Positions 11,430 to 23,767 are shown, counted from the first letter of the stretch. The stretch is DNA of 64,000 nucleotides from Plasmodiophora brassicae (GCA_036867785.1 CP145415.1:62001-126000); one strand, 5' to 3'. Notes: generated by a model not told the origin, from the letters alone. Made by a program: numbers and translations.

Positions 11430-14400
11430 ATGGACATTGAGGCTGGAATACCAGGTGGCACCACCAACCAGATCAATGTCACGCTATCAGCGCTGGATGA
11501 GCCGCGGCCAGCCATACTAGACAGTGGGGCTGACAGAACATTGATACCGATGGCAGTTGCCAAGGCGGTATGCGGAATGGATCCAAACACCAAATTAACA
11601 AGACTGCAGAAGCCAGTCAAGCTGATTCTAGCGGATAGCGAGGAGGCAGTGGGCCAGGCCACCCACGAGATCCAAGTGGACATCCTCTTGCATACGCGTG
11701 CTGGGGAGCTGCAGATCCGCAGACACACATGTCTTGTATGGGACGTGGAGTATGTGAAGGAAATCTACCTGGGTCAAGATTTGTTGAAAGAGCTGGGCAT
11801 AGACCCACGAACGGCTCTGGAATACCTGATTGCCAGTATGAACTGCGACGAGTCACGCGATGACGGCAATGAGTACACATGGGATCAGGATGGGGACGAT
11901 GACGTCGCAATTGGCGACAATGTCCCGCAGGACATTCGCGAAGGAATTGATAATGCGATCGCTCGAGCCATGGAACAGGGGCTACCCCGCAAGTGGAGGC
12001 GGAGGCTCCGAAGGCTTGCCTTCAAGAGATGGAATGTCTGGAGAACGAAGCTGGGACCAGATCCGGCAGCCAAGGTCACACCTTGCCGAACGCGGTTAAG
12101 GCAGGGAGCGCGACCGTACCGTTGTAAGGCGCGGAGGTACAGCAAGGAACAAAGTGAGTTCCTGGAACAGTTCGTATCCCTGTTGAAGAAATACGGGTTG
12201 GTCTATGAAAACTACAACAGTGAGTGGGCCTCACCGGTGGTTGTTGTTCGGAAACCCGGGAACAGAGGATGGCGAATGTGTGTTGATCTAAGAGAGGTCA
12301 ACAAGTTGTGCGAAGCAACTGCATGGCCGATGCCGTTCCTAGAAGCCATTGTGCAACACTTGGCAGGATCCAAGTATTGGTTCTCTTTGGACGCATTTAA
12401 GGGCTTTTGGTTAATGCCTCTGGCAAAGGAATGTCAGGAAATATTCTCGTTCGCGACAGACAGGGGAATATACACTCCTACCAGAACAATTCAGGGAGGG
12501 TTGAATTCGTCGCCTCAGTTCCAGGCACGGATGGCAGAAATATTCTCCGAATTACTGATGAAGGCACTCATCATCTGGATTGATGACATTCTGGGGCATG
12601 CAAGAACTGAACAAGAAAGGTTCAGAGTGTTAGACATGACACTGCAGTTGGCTGAGAAGCATAACCTTAAATTCAATCTGGATAAGTGCGACTTCTTCTT
12701 GAGGAAGGTGAAATTCGCAGGGCGTATCTTCACGCCAGAGGGAACCACCCATGATCCAGAGCGAATACGAGCGCTGCAAGAAATGCAGACTCCCAGGACT
12801 GCAAGAGATTTGCAGCAATTCCTATATGCGGTACAGTGGATGAGCAAGTCAATACCGGAGTACAGCCGTATTGCCTTACCACTGCAGGAAATTTATGAGA
12901 AATCCATGAAGGATCAGCCGAAGCGTACCAGATCGGTCGCCGGGGGAGTAAGACTGAAAAGGCATGGCTGGAGTGAACTGCATGACACAGCTTTTGAAGA
13001 GCTGAAGGAATTGATTGGGAGGAACACCCAACTAGCATATCCAAGGAAGGATATGATCCAGTGTGTGTTTGCAGATGCAAGCAAGTACCACAGGGCAGGA
13101 ATGGTAACGCAAATTCCCATGGAGGACAGAGATCTTCCAATCTGGGAGGCCCATCACCAACCATTGGGTTTCTCAGGCCACAAATTCGCGGGTTCCGAAC
13201 TTAACTGGGCGACTCCAGATAAGGAAGCCAGCGCACTGTTGGATGTAGTGGAGAAACTGGAGTATCTCCTACAGACGGGAAAACCATTCAGACTGTACAC
13301 GGATCACAGGAACCTGATGCACATATATGACCCACAGAAGTGCACGCAACCAGCAGCAGAACGGCTGGAGCGCTGGGGTATGAGGTTGCGGAAGTACAAC
13401 TTCGTCATTGAGCATATTCCTGGGGATAAGAACGTGTGGGCTGACCTGCAAACGAGATGGGGTGCAGAAACTGATCTCGGAAGAGATGCTGATTTGGAAC
13501 ACCAAATCGACACCGGACGGGTAAAGTACGGAGACACCACAAATGTCTTCCGAATACTCCGAATTCGAAGTGATGAGGATCGGGACAGTTATCCGGAAGC
13601 TTCGAATGGGGACGTGGGGAATGAGGATCAGGAGATACATCCGGAAACCCATGACCGCGGTGTACCCAATAACACGGGTGTGGAGAATGAGGATCAGGAG
13701 ATACATCCGGAAATCCACCAACGTTGGGGGCAATTCGCGGAGAAATTCAGAATCCAACCCACACTGGAAGAGAAGCTTATCTGGCCTACAGAAACTGAAA
13801 TCAGTGAAAGGCAACTGAAATTCTTCACGAACGATAAGCTACGCAACCTGAGGAAGAACGAGGCTGGGTCATGGGTAAACCAGCGAGGACAGGTTGTGAT
13901 CCCATCGGAAGATGTGGAGATGAGAGTCAGGTTGACGGTTATTGCACATGCTGCAGGACTTGCACATCGTAGCATTAACCAAATGACACTTCTACTGCGA
14001 AGTAAATTCCTCTGGAATGGCATATCAGCGGACATTAAGCAAATCGCGAAGAACTGCTTACACTGCCGACCCACACGAGGTGGTGAGGTGCGTCCACGAC
14101 CACTGGGTCCAGCATGCCACGCTAAAGGACGGGGAGAGGTGCTTCACATGGATTACCTATACATGATGCCGTCACAAGAAGAGGCGGGACATGATTTCAA
14201 ATGGATACTGGTATTGAGAGACGACTTCTCGGGACTCGTACACCTAGTGCCAACGATAGTACCTGACAGCTTGGTCACGGTTCAGGCACTGATGGAATGG
14301 AGGTCCAAGAATGGCACACCTAAGACAATTGTGTCAGACCAGGCATCATACTTCATGTCAGAGGTAACCAGGGAGTATAACAAGCTGTGCAATGTGAAAC

Positions 14401-15380
14401 AACATTGGACGACGGCTTATATACATTACCCGAACGGAACGGTGGAAGTGGTCAACAGACATGTACTGGCACTATTTCGTACAATCTGCTCAGACTTGAG
14501 ATGGCAGAAGGAAGAATGGCCATGGCTGCTAAAGGTGGTGGAGCATGTGCTCAACCACCGGCCACAGCAACGACTTGGGGGCCGAGCGCCTGTGCAGGTT
14601 CACAGTGGGCTTGAACCTGACAACCCTCTGGATGGAATCTGCATCAACCCCGTCAGGGAGACACAAATCAATGTCACAGAAATGACTTCTGATGAAATTG
14701 TGAAGCTCACTGATGAGCTAATAGCCGCGCTGAATCAGATGCACAAGGAAGTCGCTGATCTCAGTGAACGCCAGAGAGCACAGCGGCGACAGAAGGTTTC
14801 GGAAAATCGTATCCCGCCGAATGTATATCCGGGAGATTTCGTCCTTCGAGCAGAAACGCTCAGAGCTGGTGAGAAATTGTTTCTCAAATGGAGAGGTCCA
14901 TATCGTGTCACAGACGTCCACTCGGGATATGTCTTCGAGGTCGAAGACATAATCAGTGGGGACAAACACGTGGTACATGGTAGCCGACTTCAATTCTACT
15001 GTGATAAGAACCTCAACATCACGGAAGAGCTCAGGGAGCAAATCGCCTATGACAACGCCAAATGGGAAATTGACACGATATCTGATGCACGCATGAATCG
15101 TGAACAAACCTTGGAGTTACTCATCAAATGGCGAGGCTTCAGCGAGGATGAATCCTCATGGGAGCCAGCTCAAATCATCATTGAAGACCAACCACGAATG
15201 GTGCAGGAATTCATCGATGAACACAAAAGTCATGCATTGGCAACAGTGTTGCAGGACATGATGCCGCAACAATCCAATGTCATGAATCGTAGGTCATCAC
15301 AACCGAAACAGGTGAAGGCCAAGCGGAAGTCGACGGGTAAGGCAGAAGCCCAGGCCAAGCGTCGACGGCGCCGCAACTGA
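11430..15380 (+). CDS. pol: Pol polyprotein (protease, RT, RNase H, integrase, chromodomain)
   Basis: ILDSGA; RMCVDLREVN, IWIDDIL; FADAS, LYTDHRNL; H..H..CLHC, HMDY, SDQA, NGTVE; WRGPY; LLIKWRGFSEDESSWEP. Confidence 0.97.
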   Translation: MDIEAGIPGGTTNQINVTLSALDEPRPAILDSGADRTLIPMAVAKAVCGMDPNTKLTRLQKPVKLILADSEEAVGQATHEIQVDILLHTRAGELQIRRHTCLVWDVEYVKEIYLGQDLLKELGIDPRTALEYLIASMNCDESRDDGNEYTWDQDGDDDVAIGDNVPQDIREGIDNAIARAMEQGLPRKWRRRLRRLAFKRWNVWRTKLGPDPAAKVTPCRTRLRQGARPYRCKARRYSKEQSEFLEQFVSLLKKYGLVYENYNSEWASPVVVVRKPGNRGWRMCVDLREVNKLCEATAWPMPFLEAIVQHLAGSKYWFSLDAFKGFWLMPLAKECQEIFSFATDRGIYTPTRTIQGGLNSSPQFQARMAEIFSELLMKALIIWIDDILGHARTEQERFRVLDMTLQLAEKHNLKFNLDKCDFFLRKVKFAGRIFTPEGTTHDPERIRALQEMQTPRTARDLQQFLYAVQWMSKSIPEYSRIALPLQEIYEKSMKDQPKRTRSVAGGVRLKRHGWSELHDTAFEELKELIGRNTQLAYPRKDMIQCVFADASKYHRAGMVTQIPMEDRDLPIWEAHHQPLGFSGHKFAGSELNWATPDKEASALLDVVEKLEYLLQTGKPFRLYTDHRNLMHIYDPQKCTQPAAERLERWGMRLRKYNFVIEHIPGDKNVWADLQTRWGAETDLGRDADLEHQIDTGRVKYGDTTNVFRILRIRSDEDRDSYPEASNGDVGNEDQEIHPETHDRGVPNNTGVENEDQEIHPEIHQRWGQFAEKFRIQPTLEEKLIWPTETEISERQLKFFTNDKLRNLRKNEAGSWVNQRGQVVIPSEDVEMRVRLTVIAHAAGLAHRSINQMTLLLRSKFLWNGISADIKQIAKNCLHCRPTRGGEVRPRPLGPACHAKGRGEVLHMDYLYMMPSQEEAGHDFKWILVLRDDFSGLVHLVPTIVPDSLVTVQALMEWRSKNGTPKTIVSDQASYFMSEVTREYNKLCNVKQHWTTAYIHYPNGTVEVVNRHVLALFRTICSDLRWQKEEWPWLLKVVEHVLNHRPQQRLGGRAPVQVHSGLEPDNPLDGICINPVRETQINVTEMTSDEIVKLTDELIAALNQMHKEVADLSERQRAQRRQKVSENRIPPNVYPGDFVLRAETLRAGEKLFLKWRGPYRVTDVHSGYVFEVEDIISGDKHVVHGSRLQFYCDKNLNITEELREQIAYDNAKWEIDTISDARMNREQTLELLIKWRGFSEDESSWEPAQIIIEDQPRMVQEFIDEHKSHALATVLQDMMPQQSNVMNRRSSQPKQVKAKRKSTGKAEAQAKRRRRRN

Positions 15381-15706
15381 ACACCGCACAGTTGTAGCCA
15401 CTGGGCAAACTAGTTTTTAGTGGGTTTAGCGGGTGAGCACGATGCAAGCCCCGCAGTACCTTGAAGTGGACTTCATGGTCTCAGGGCCGCTCGACATCGT
15501 ATCGTCGAGGTCCAACGCAAAACGATTGTTGCGACGGACTAGGGAAAACATAACCTACGGAAGAATGATTCCCACATAATTTTTTCTAGCAAGCTTAACT
15601 ACAACATGTAATGTGCAAGACACGATTTATTCTGCACAGCAAGACGTCTACAGCGCCAACAACAGGGTCAAAGCGCAACAGGGGGACTTTAGCTTGACGA
15701 GGGGAG

Positions 15707-15987
15707 TGTATCATATGCACAGCCTAGCTGCACCTATGATGATCACGGTCACACCTTGAACCGGCATGCAACTCCGCTAGACCACAACTACCGGAAACTC
15801 CGGGCAGGCACAGTCAACAGTCCCACAAGGCCCAGTCGTGTGTTCCCAGAATAGACCGCGGACTCCGGAGACCGTGGCGGACTCCGGAGACACATTGGAG
15901 GTTGGCAGACCAGCGGGCCAGGAATAAATCAGAGTTCGAACTGCGTTTCGATGACAACGTCTCAATGCTAGATTGAGAGATGTCACA
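15707..15987 (+). repeat. 3' LTR (281 bp)
   Basis: Direct repeat of 9932-10212, followed by TSD CATGA. Confidence 0.97.
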
Positions 15988-16818
15988 CATGAGTGTGTCT
16001 GCACTCATCGATGGACAGAATTCGGTGGGAGCTCGCTCGTCGAGAATGATCAATGACTCAAAATCACCAATTCGTTTGCAGAACAGAGCCAGCTGACGGT
16101 AGAGCTGCTTGTACTGCTTGTGCGAGTTCTGCTTCAGGACGCGATTGCCAGTCAGTTGCCCGCCGTGAGCTGAGAAGCGCAGGCCCATGCGGGCCAATGC
16201 CTCGCCGACTCTCTGCCGAACCACATCTTCTTGCGACGTTGTGAGCGGACGCATTCGCTGTTGCACACCGTTGTCGACCAACTCGTCAACTGCAGACGCC
16301 CCGAAAGACCGCCTCTCTTGCCGAAGATTGCGCCGACGGGGTCGCAGTGCCCCCGACCCCGTAGGGGGAAGGGTACGGGGAAGGAGAGGGGAAGGTGCGG
16401 GGAAGGTGGCCATTTTGCTACCGGATAACGTCTTTCCTATAGATTATTTGTCAGGATAACGTGGACTATGTAGCCCCGACGGACTCGTCACTGCGCGAGA
16501 TGAATATGGCCCCTGGGCACCATGGCATGCTATATTATGGTACGTGTACATGGAGTTCAGCTACGAAATGCGACGGCCTGCGGGTCGGTTGTTTATGCCT
16601 CCAGGTATCTCGCGACCTGCGACGAGGGTAAGCGCCGGCCGGGGACATCAATGGTTCACGTACCGCATTAACAACTTCCTGTCGACAGATCAACGCTCGC
16701 GCGCGTCACACTGGGTTTGCGCTTCTTCCAGTTTCATTGCAGCGGCTACGACGACGCCCGAAATAATTCAGACGTCCAACTTTGCTGTCGTCGGGTACCT
16801 CCTCATTTTGCAATCGGG

Positions 16819-18192
16819 ATGGGTCGCCGAAGGTCGATCGTGATGGCGGCGGCGGCCGTGCGCGTGTCCGTGACGGCGCTGGCGCTGCTGGCCGGGTGGC
16901 TCCTGCCGGCGTACGACCGATCCGGGTGGTCGTCGCTGCCGCTCGCCAACTGGGACGCCGTCTTCTACGCCGATATCGCTCGATCCGGCGCGTACGAGTT
17001 CGAACAGCAGTTCGCGTTCCTCCCGTTCCTTCCGTTTCTGCTTCGCGGTACGCTGCGCCACGTATGTCTGAACCAGGAGCGAACCTGACCCGGTTACGCG
17101 TTCTACAGTGTTGTCCCTGGGGTCGACTTCGACAGTTGTCCTGGCAATGGTCGGCGTCATGCTTTCGAACGCGTGCGCCATCGCGGCCGCCGTTGGACTG
17201 TACCGCCTGGGCCAGGCCGTCCTGCAGGACGACGCGTTGGCGCATCGCGCGGCGCTGCTGTACTGTTTCAACCCGGCTGGCGTGTTCCTGTCGGCGGCCT
17301 ACACGGAATCGCTGTTCTCGTGCTGCTCGTTCTGGGCGCTGAACCTCCTGTATCGCGACCGTGCGTGGCGCGCCGCATGCCTCATGGCGCTCGCCGTTGC
17401 GACGCGCACCAACGGCACTCTGCTCGTCGGGTTCGTGTTCTATCGCGTGAGGCCGGGTATCGTTCTCGGGGGAAGCGGCAGGTTCTGACGTGCCCCTTCT
17501 CATGGCAGGCCATTCAGGAGTCGCTTTCGCTAAACGCGCGACCTGCTCTGAAGGCGTGGGCGACAGCGGTCGCGATGGCGGTTGTTGCCGTGTCGCCCCT
17601 GGCAGCCTTCCTGGCACATGGGTACCGTCAGTTCTGTCCTGGGCCGTCGCCCTATTGCTCGAGCGTCGCGCCAAACATCTACGGGTTCGTCCAAGCCAAA
17701 TACTGGGGCGTCGGCCTGCTCCGATACTGGACACTGAAACAGGCCCCGAACTTCCTGCTGGCCTCGCCTGCTCTGTCGACGACCGCCGCAGCCATCCTGT
17801 CGTTCGCCTTGTCGCGACGCGGGTACGTCCAGCTGCTGACGGCCGGCGTCGTGAAATCGCCAGAGCAGGGAACGGCTCGCGGGTTTCACTCGACCAGAGT
17901 GACGTGCTTCATCTACCATGTGGCGATCCTCCTGTTCACCGTTGCATTTGTAAGGGCCCTGTCATTCAGTGTGCGCGCGTACGACGGGCGGTGACGGCGT
18001 TCGCGTCAGGTGGCCCACGTTCAGATCGCGACCAGGTTCATCTGCTCGTCGTCACCCGTCATCTACTGGTACGTGGCCGACGTCGGCAGCCGCCCCAAGT
18101 CGTTCTGGCCGCTACGCCTCTATCTAGTCTGGTTCGCCTGTTACACCTGCATTGGCACCATACTGTTCGCCCGCTTCCTTCCCTGGACGTGA
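16819..18192 (+). CDS. PIGV: GPI mannosyltransferase 2 (PIG-V/Gpi18), multi-exon
   Basis: NWDAVFY, EQQFAFLP, CFNPAGVFLSAAYTESLF, RTNG, FVQAKYWGVGLLRYW..KQAPNFLLASP, HVQIATRF, FLPWT*. Confidence 0.93.
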
Positions 18193-18511
18193 ACGTTGGC
18201 ATTCCCGCGGCGGTGGGCGGCCGTTGGTGAACCGCGGCGCGCTACGCGGCGACAATACATCCTCCCGCGACCCAGAGCGCAACCTGGTGCCCGCTTGCGG
18301 AACGTCGACAGCAGCGTCACGTGCGCCGCCGAGGCTGGCAGTGACGTTCTACTCTGTAATTATACAATACAGCAGAAACAGGTTGGGAATGATGGGGCCT
18401 CCCTTCAGGTGGCGGGGCTTCCGGGCCGGCGACGGGGCCCCGTCAGTTGCGCCGCCCCGGCACGGTCCGTGGCGCGGTCTGCCGGCTGTCGTCGAAGGGC
18501 GTCCCCGTTCA

Positions 18512-19238
18512 ATGTCGTCGCTGGCGGAGCTGAAGAAGCTGCGCGCGGCCGACCTGCGCGATCAGCTCGGGGCGATCGGGCTGCCGACGACGGGGCTGAA
18601 GGCGGACCTCGTCCAGCGCCTGTACGACGCGCTGAACCCCGGCGGGGAACCCGACGAGCAGACCGCGCCGGACGCCGCCGAACCGGACGAACGCGCCGAA
18701 TCGCCGCCGGCACCCGCGGCGCCGCCCGCGCAGTCGCCGCCGACCGCGCCGCCCGTCTCCGAACAGGAGCGCATGGCCCTGCGCGCCGCCCGGTTCGGTC
18801 TCCCCGTCAAGAAGCCCGTCATCGCCGAGACGACGCTCGACGGCGGCCTCAGCACCAAACCGACGCGCAAGCGCGACCGGGACAGCGCCCACGCCCCCAA
18901 GCTCAACCTCGAGTAAGCCCACACGACGCGCAGCGCCGGTCCCGCCAGCTGACGTGTGTGTGTGTGTGCCAGCGACCCCGATGTGCAACGCCGCCTGCAG
19001 CGGTTCGGCGTGCCGTCCGATGAGTCGTCCGCGGTCGCCAAGGCCGTCCGCGCCGCTGAACAGGACCAGGTATGCTGTCTGCAGTGGCGTGCGCCGCCGT
19101 CCTGACCGTCATGTGCAGCGCCGGCAGGAGCGACTGGCTCGGTTCGGCGGCGGAGCTGCAGGCGCGTCCGAGCCGGCGGCGTCGGCGCAAGAGCTGCAGG
19201 ACGCCATGGCGGCCCGCAAGGCGCGCTTCGGCACGTAG
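18512..19238 (+). CDS. SARNP: SAP-domain ribonucleoprotein (SARNP/Tho1-like), multi-exon
   Basis: N-terminal SAP motif LKKLRAADLRDQL...GLPTTGLKADLVQRL and four RxxRFG motifs. Confidence 0.8.
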
Positions 19239-19316
19239 GATCGACCCTCCCAGTTGATCATCAGTACACGACGATTCCGGTCCACGGGCTATTTATAGCG
19301 TTCGCATCGTGGCAGC

Positions 19317-20725
19317 ATGGCCGCGCCGGGCGACGACGACGACGACGAGCGTCCCGCGTCGGCTGTCCTGTGCGCCGCCGTGCTGGCCGTCTCCGCCCTG
19401 CAATCGGTGTCGCCGGCCGAGACGTACATCCACGAGTACCTGGTGCGTGTCAAGCAGCTGCCGGGCCCCGACGTGGCCAGCCGGGTCTGGCCGGCGTACA
19501 CGTACACGTTCGCGCTGGCGCTGATCCCGATCACGTACGTCAGCGAGTACGTCGCCGGGTACGCGGTCGTCATCGCCGTGGCGATCGCGCTGCGACTGGC
19601 GACGAGTTTCCTGCACGAACTGGCGCCCGTCGCGGCCCTGTGGCCGCATCAGGTGTCGCTGGCGCTGTTCGGCGTCGCCTGCGCCTGCAAGGTCTCGTTC
19701 AAATCGTTCACGTACGCCGTCGTACCGGCGCGGACCTTCTTCGCCATGACCGGGTACCTGCGCGCGTCGAACCTCGTCGCCCATGTCGTCGGCGGGTGCG
19801 TCGGCTGGGCCCTGCGCCGGCGCGGCGCCGACTGGGCCCTGTTCTTCCTCGTCCAGCAGGTCAGCCTCGGCACCGCCCTGCTCTCGTTTGTCGTCGGGAT
19901 CGTCCTCTCGCACCGGCACCCTGCTGCTGGCGGTGGTCGCCGCCACCGAATCGGTCCGATCCAGTCGCCCAAGGCCCAGGTGTGTCCCCTGATCCGGTCG
20001 GCGTATCGCGACCCGGTCGTCGCCAGGTGGTCCACCTGGTACATTGTCACCTATGCCGTCTTCGAGTTCGTCCACCTGCACACGTCGTCCCTGTTCTTCA
20101 CGATCGACCCGACCGCCACCTGGGTACGTTTTACGTATGGCTTCGTCTCTCGCGTTCACTGGGCTGACATACGCCAATGCAGAACGGGGTCGTTGTCGGT
20201 GCTGCACGACTGTCTGCTGCTGTCGCCTCCCTGGCCGCTTCCAAGCTGCAACAGGCTCGAAGCGGTGCCGTTGTGCCATGCGCCTCTGTGCTTGCCGCTG
20301 CTCTGATCCTGCTGGCTGGGTGCGCACCCAGCGTCAGCGTTGCGTATGCGGCCATCGTGGGCGTGCACGTCTGCCTCGACTTCTGCTTCTGCATCGTTAG
20401 CGCCGTCATCGCCTTACAGTACTCTGGCAGTTCGGTGGGTCTCCCTGAACAGACGTGTCTGACCCGCATGGGTATCTGCAGTGTGCCAACGTCCGTTCGA
20501 GGTGTCGTCATGTTCCTAAACACGTTCCTGTCGCTGCTGGTCCAGTCGGCGCTGCAACTCGTGACGGGCACCCTGCTGGCGGTCACGCTACCTGTTAAGT
20601 TCGCGGTATGCTCCGCCGTCACACTCGGCGCCGTCGTCGTCGCCCAGGCCGTATCCGCCCTCGTAGCCAGCGACCATCATAAGGCGTCTAATATCACGTC
20701 GCCTGGCGGTACAGGTCCTGCCTAG
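19317..20725 (+). CDS. Reduced folate/thiamine carrier family (SLC19-like) transporter, multi-exon
   Basis: SPAETYIHEYL...VWPAYTYTF...IPITYVSEY and RWSTWY match the SLC19 pattern; many TM segments. Confidence 0.75.
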
Positions 20726-21462
20726 CCTGTATTGTCGGTTACGGGAGCCTCCATATTCGTCGTACCATCGTTCAGAGCAGATAGCCGTTCCTGCGTGTGG
20801 AGCTCATGCAATCCGTCCGGCCGCTTTGGCTGACTTTGATCAGGCAGGTTGTTACACGTCGTGACGCCATCTTGTTCGCCATAGCGCCTCCATCATCGTC
20901 GCCGCCCTCGTCACAGCTTGCCTGCGCCTGCCTCTGACCCTGTGCAACACGCTGTTGGGAATCAGGTCGCGGCAGGACGCTGACCCTAGCCACTTGTGGA
21001 AGGACCCGCGTACGTGCACGTGCCTGGCGAAACCGCCGGCATTGTGGACGTCAAGAATGTCGCCAAGCATAGCAGCGGATGTAGACGTACCCGCAGGCGC
21101 ATGGTGGGCTTCGTCATGGATGCATTCGGCGTCGATTCCGTCACCGCATCGTCGTCAAAGGCGTTTACGGGCCTGGGCTTGCTCCAGGAGCAAGCATCAC
21201 CAGGCGCTGGCTGCCGCCGCCGCGCGCGCCTCCCTTGTCCACCACGTGTCCCCCATGATTCGATTGGCGATGATTCAGGTGAGTTCCGACGTCGTACACC
21301 GGCATCAATTCTTGTACGCATGCACGCCAGCAGAAACGGGAGGGCGCGCCTCCAATTCTGCCACTGTCGAGACGAATGTTCCGATACGCCGCTCAAACGG
21401 GAACATTCTTTATCGAAGAGGTATGGTGCAAACAGACGCGTGCGCCCGACGTCCCGTTCAGG

Positions 21463-22602
21463 CTACTGCCAATCGAAATATGGGTCCAGGTCGGCGAGGT
21501 CGTGCTGCTCTTGCTCGCGCCGCTCTTGCTCGCGCTGTGCTGCTTGCCGTCCCATTACGCTGTTCCTGCGGCGCTCGGCACGGTCCGCGTCGGTGTTGTT
21601 GCTGGGCGCGAGCTTGCGCATGAGCTCTTCACCAAGAGCAACGCCGGTGTTGGTGGCAAAGAACGGGGCATAATCCCAGGCGGTGCAGCCGTTACGGTAT
21701 TCGCGGTTCGTATCGATTCCATCCGCATCAAGCAACAACTGGACGATCCGGCGATTGCGCCCATTACTCACGGCATCGTGCAACAGCGTCCAGCCTTCAC
21801 CGTCACATATGTTGACATCGACGCCGGGGATGCTGACCAGTAATTCGACAACCAGGTCCTCGCCGTTGGAAACCGCCCAGGCGAGCAGCTTCATTGAACG
21901 AGCTGTGCGCGAGCTGGAATGTTCACGTCGTGGAAACGCCCATATTTTGTCATTGATGATCGCGGCAGTAAGACTGATGTCTGTTTGGACGAAGACGTCG
22001 TCAATGAACTTCAGGACGCGATCTACCATGCCCGCATCCGTGCCGGCAAAGTCGTGAAGGCGGGCAATGCCGGGGACATTCGATACAACATTCCAATAAT
22101 GGCTATCGTGCAGCTGGGCGCGCATGGGGACGATATCCATCCAGGTGCGCTTGGTGGACGCGATCGCCGTCGTTAGCAAGTGAATTTGCCAGGCTTCGGC
22201 CGCGGACACGAGGCGGCACTGTGCCTCCAGATCGTGCAGCAGGTTCTCTTGGACCCATAGGGCGGCGCTGCCCACCTGATAGTCGCACGTCAGCACTAGT
22301 CGATCACGATCATGAACGTAGATGGAGCATACATCATTCGGTGGGACCTCGTTGATGAACCGCCCGATCAGTTTCAGTTCATCAGAGGTGACAGACCCCA
22401 CGTGAGCGGAACGTGCACCCAAATCTGTGATCAGAAAGGCGAACTGCTGGGAATGCTCAGTGGCAGCCACTTCGTCGACCTCATAGGTCTCGCCAATCGC
22501 GTGTTTCAGTGTGAACGCCGCGCCAACCAGTCCGTTACGAAAAACGACCAGGATCAGGGACAACAATACGGCCGTGCGACGAATGCGATTTCCGAACGCC
22601 AT
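21463..22602 (-). CDS. Secreted Skp1/BTB-like + ankyrin-repeat protein, copy 1; intron 22276-22332
   Basis: Leader MAFGNRIRRTAVLLSLILVVF; FTLKHAIGETYEVDEVAA...VTSDELKLIGRFI...RLVSAAEAWQIHLL; ankyrin DGEGWTLLHDAVSNG...IVQLLL; GTATGC...TATCAG intron. Confidence 0.85.
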   Translation of the reverse strand: MAFGNRIRRTAVLLSLILVVFRNGLVGAAFTLKHAIGETYEVDEVAATEHSQQFAFLITDLGARSAHVGSVTSDELKLIGRFINEVPPNDVCSIYVHDRDRLVLTCDYQVGSAALWVQENLLHDLEAQCRLVSAAEAWQIHLLTTAIASTKRTWMDIVPMRAQLHDSHYWNVVSNVPGIARLHDFAGTDAGMVDRVLKFIDDVFVQTDISLTAAIINDKIWAFPRREHSSSRTARSMKLLAWAVSNGEDLVVELLVSIPGVDVNICDGEGWTLLHDAVSNGRNRRIVQLLLDADGIDTNREYRNGCTAWDYAPFFATNTGVALGEELMRKLAPSNNTDADRAERRRNSVMGRQAAQREQERREQEQHDLADLDPYFDWQ

Positions 22603-22710
22603 CTGTTTGTTGACCGCGCGCCGACGCTCCACCTGACGCAAACACAGGACACTGCACTGAAATAATGCGCAAGCGCCAACGCGGTCTGTCCGGGCTTCGC
22701 ACTCCGAGAC

Positions 22711-22719
22711 CTATTTATA
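22711..22719 (-). promoter_or_regulatory. TATA-box-like TATAAATAG upstream of the ankyrin gene (conserved at about 46862-46870)
   Basis: About 110 nt upstream of the ATG in both paralogs. Confidence 0.5.
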
Positions 22720-23767
22720 GAATCCACCATATTAGGGCAGGCCCCATACATACTGCAAGGCGCAGGCTCGGCTGGACGCGATCGCTGTATAGTGAGCACA
22801 CAATGGCTTACCACAAGGATGGTGTGCGCTGTCGTGAAGCGTGGACCGCGGTAGTGACAGCCGGATGTTCCAAGTCAGCGCAGGAAAGGCGGATGAACAT
22901 CTGTGGCCGGGCACAGCAGCTGAAGCGCGCACGCCGATGGCAACGTCGCAGGCCAGGCGAATCGCCGAATACGATTTCCGCACAACACTGGCAGAACTGG
23001 AGTACACCAGTGGCTCTGTTCTCTAGCTACTGCCAAAGCCGGGGACTTCCCCACTGGGAGGATCGCCGACAGCAACGTCGACGACGTTTCGTCTACCGGT
23101 ACGACGATACGGATTGAACAGACCTGACAGGGATCCCAGTCACTTCATCGAGCGCCGCCTGCGGGCAACGATGCGTGTTCGACGCCTACCGCGCCATGCA
23201 TGAACAGAGCAGACGCATCTCCCTGACAATGACGATGCCGAGTGGGAGCGATCCGTCAACGCGTTGCTTGCATGACCTGGACACAGAACGTACGCGAACG
23301 ACGATGAAGTCATTACGACAATGTCAAGGCCCGGGCGGACGGCGAGTGAAGAGGGCAACGCACGAACGCTACGACAACGCAGAGAGCGCTAGCTGCGTGG
23401 GACATGATGTGTATCAGCGATGGACACGGGAGTGACCACTGTAGGGTCGCGTGGCCACATGGGCACGCGACCCTACCCCTATCTCAACGGGAAGCGTGCT
23501 GGGCTTGCGCTCGGGTCTGTGCTTTGGGCACGACAGCGAGGATCCGGGAGCTGAACCTGACTTCATGCATGGCGATGTATGATTCAACAGGCATTGACTC
23601 CTTTGGTGCAACAGTCGTGTGCCCGATTACCGGCCAGCAGGTGCTGACAGTCGCACAGTCGCCTGGTGTCTTCCGGTGTCTTATACGGTCACCCAGAGGC
23701 ACTGACCCGACCAGCCACCTGTAAGCGTACAAAGGTGAATGGGTCGATCAGTAGGCCTCGTGGAAGG

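Larger units (their letters stand above)
9932..15987 (+). mobile_element. Ty3/Gypsy LTR retrotransposon with chromodomain integrase
   Basis: TG...CA LTRs, 5-bp TSD CATGA (9927-9931 and 15988-15992), purine tract GAGGGGAG before the 3' LTR, PR-RT-RH-INT order. Confidence 0.97.
7888..16413 (-). mobile_element. Crypton-type tyrosine-recombinase gene (introns 9082-9138 and 8819-8871), interrupted by a Gypsy insertion at 9932-15987
   Basis: YR catalytic motifs LFLRSAE (R), KGKAD (K), GTHTLRKTGY (HxxR), ARHKTVESAKRYY (H,Y). Removing the LTR element and one TSD copy gives the in-frame MSADTLMAFIDFK; both GT-AG introns restore the frame. Confidence 0.88.
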
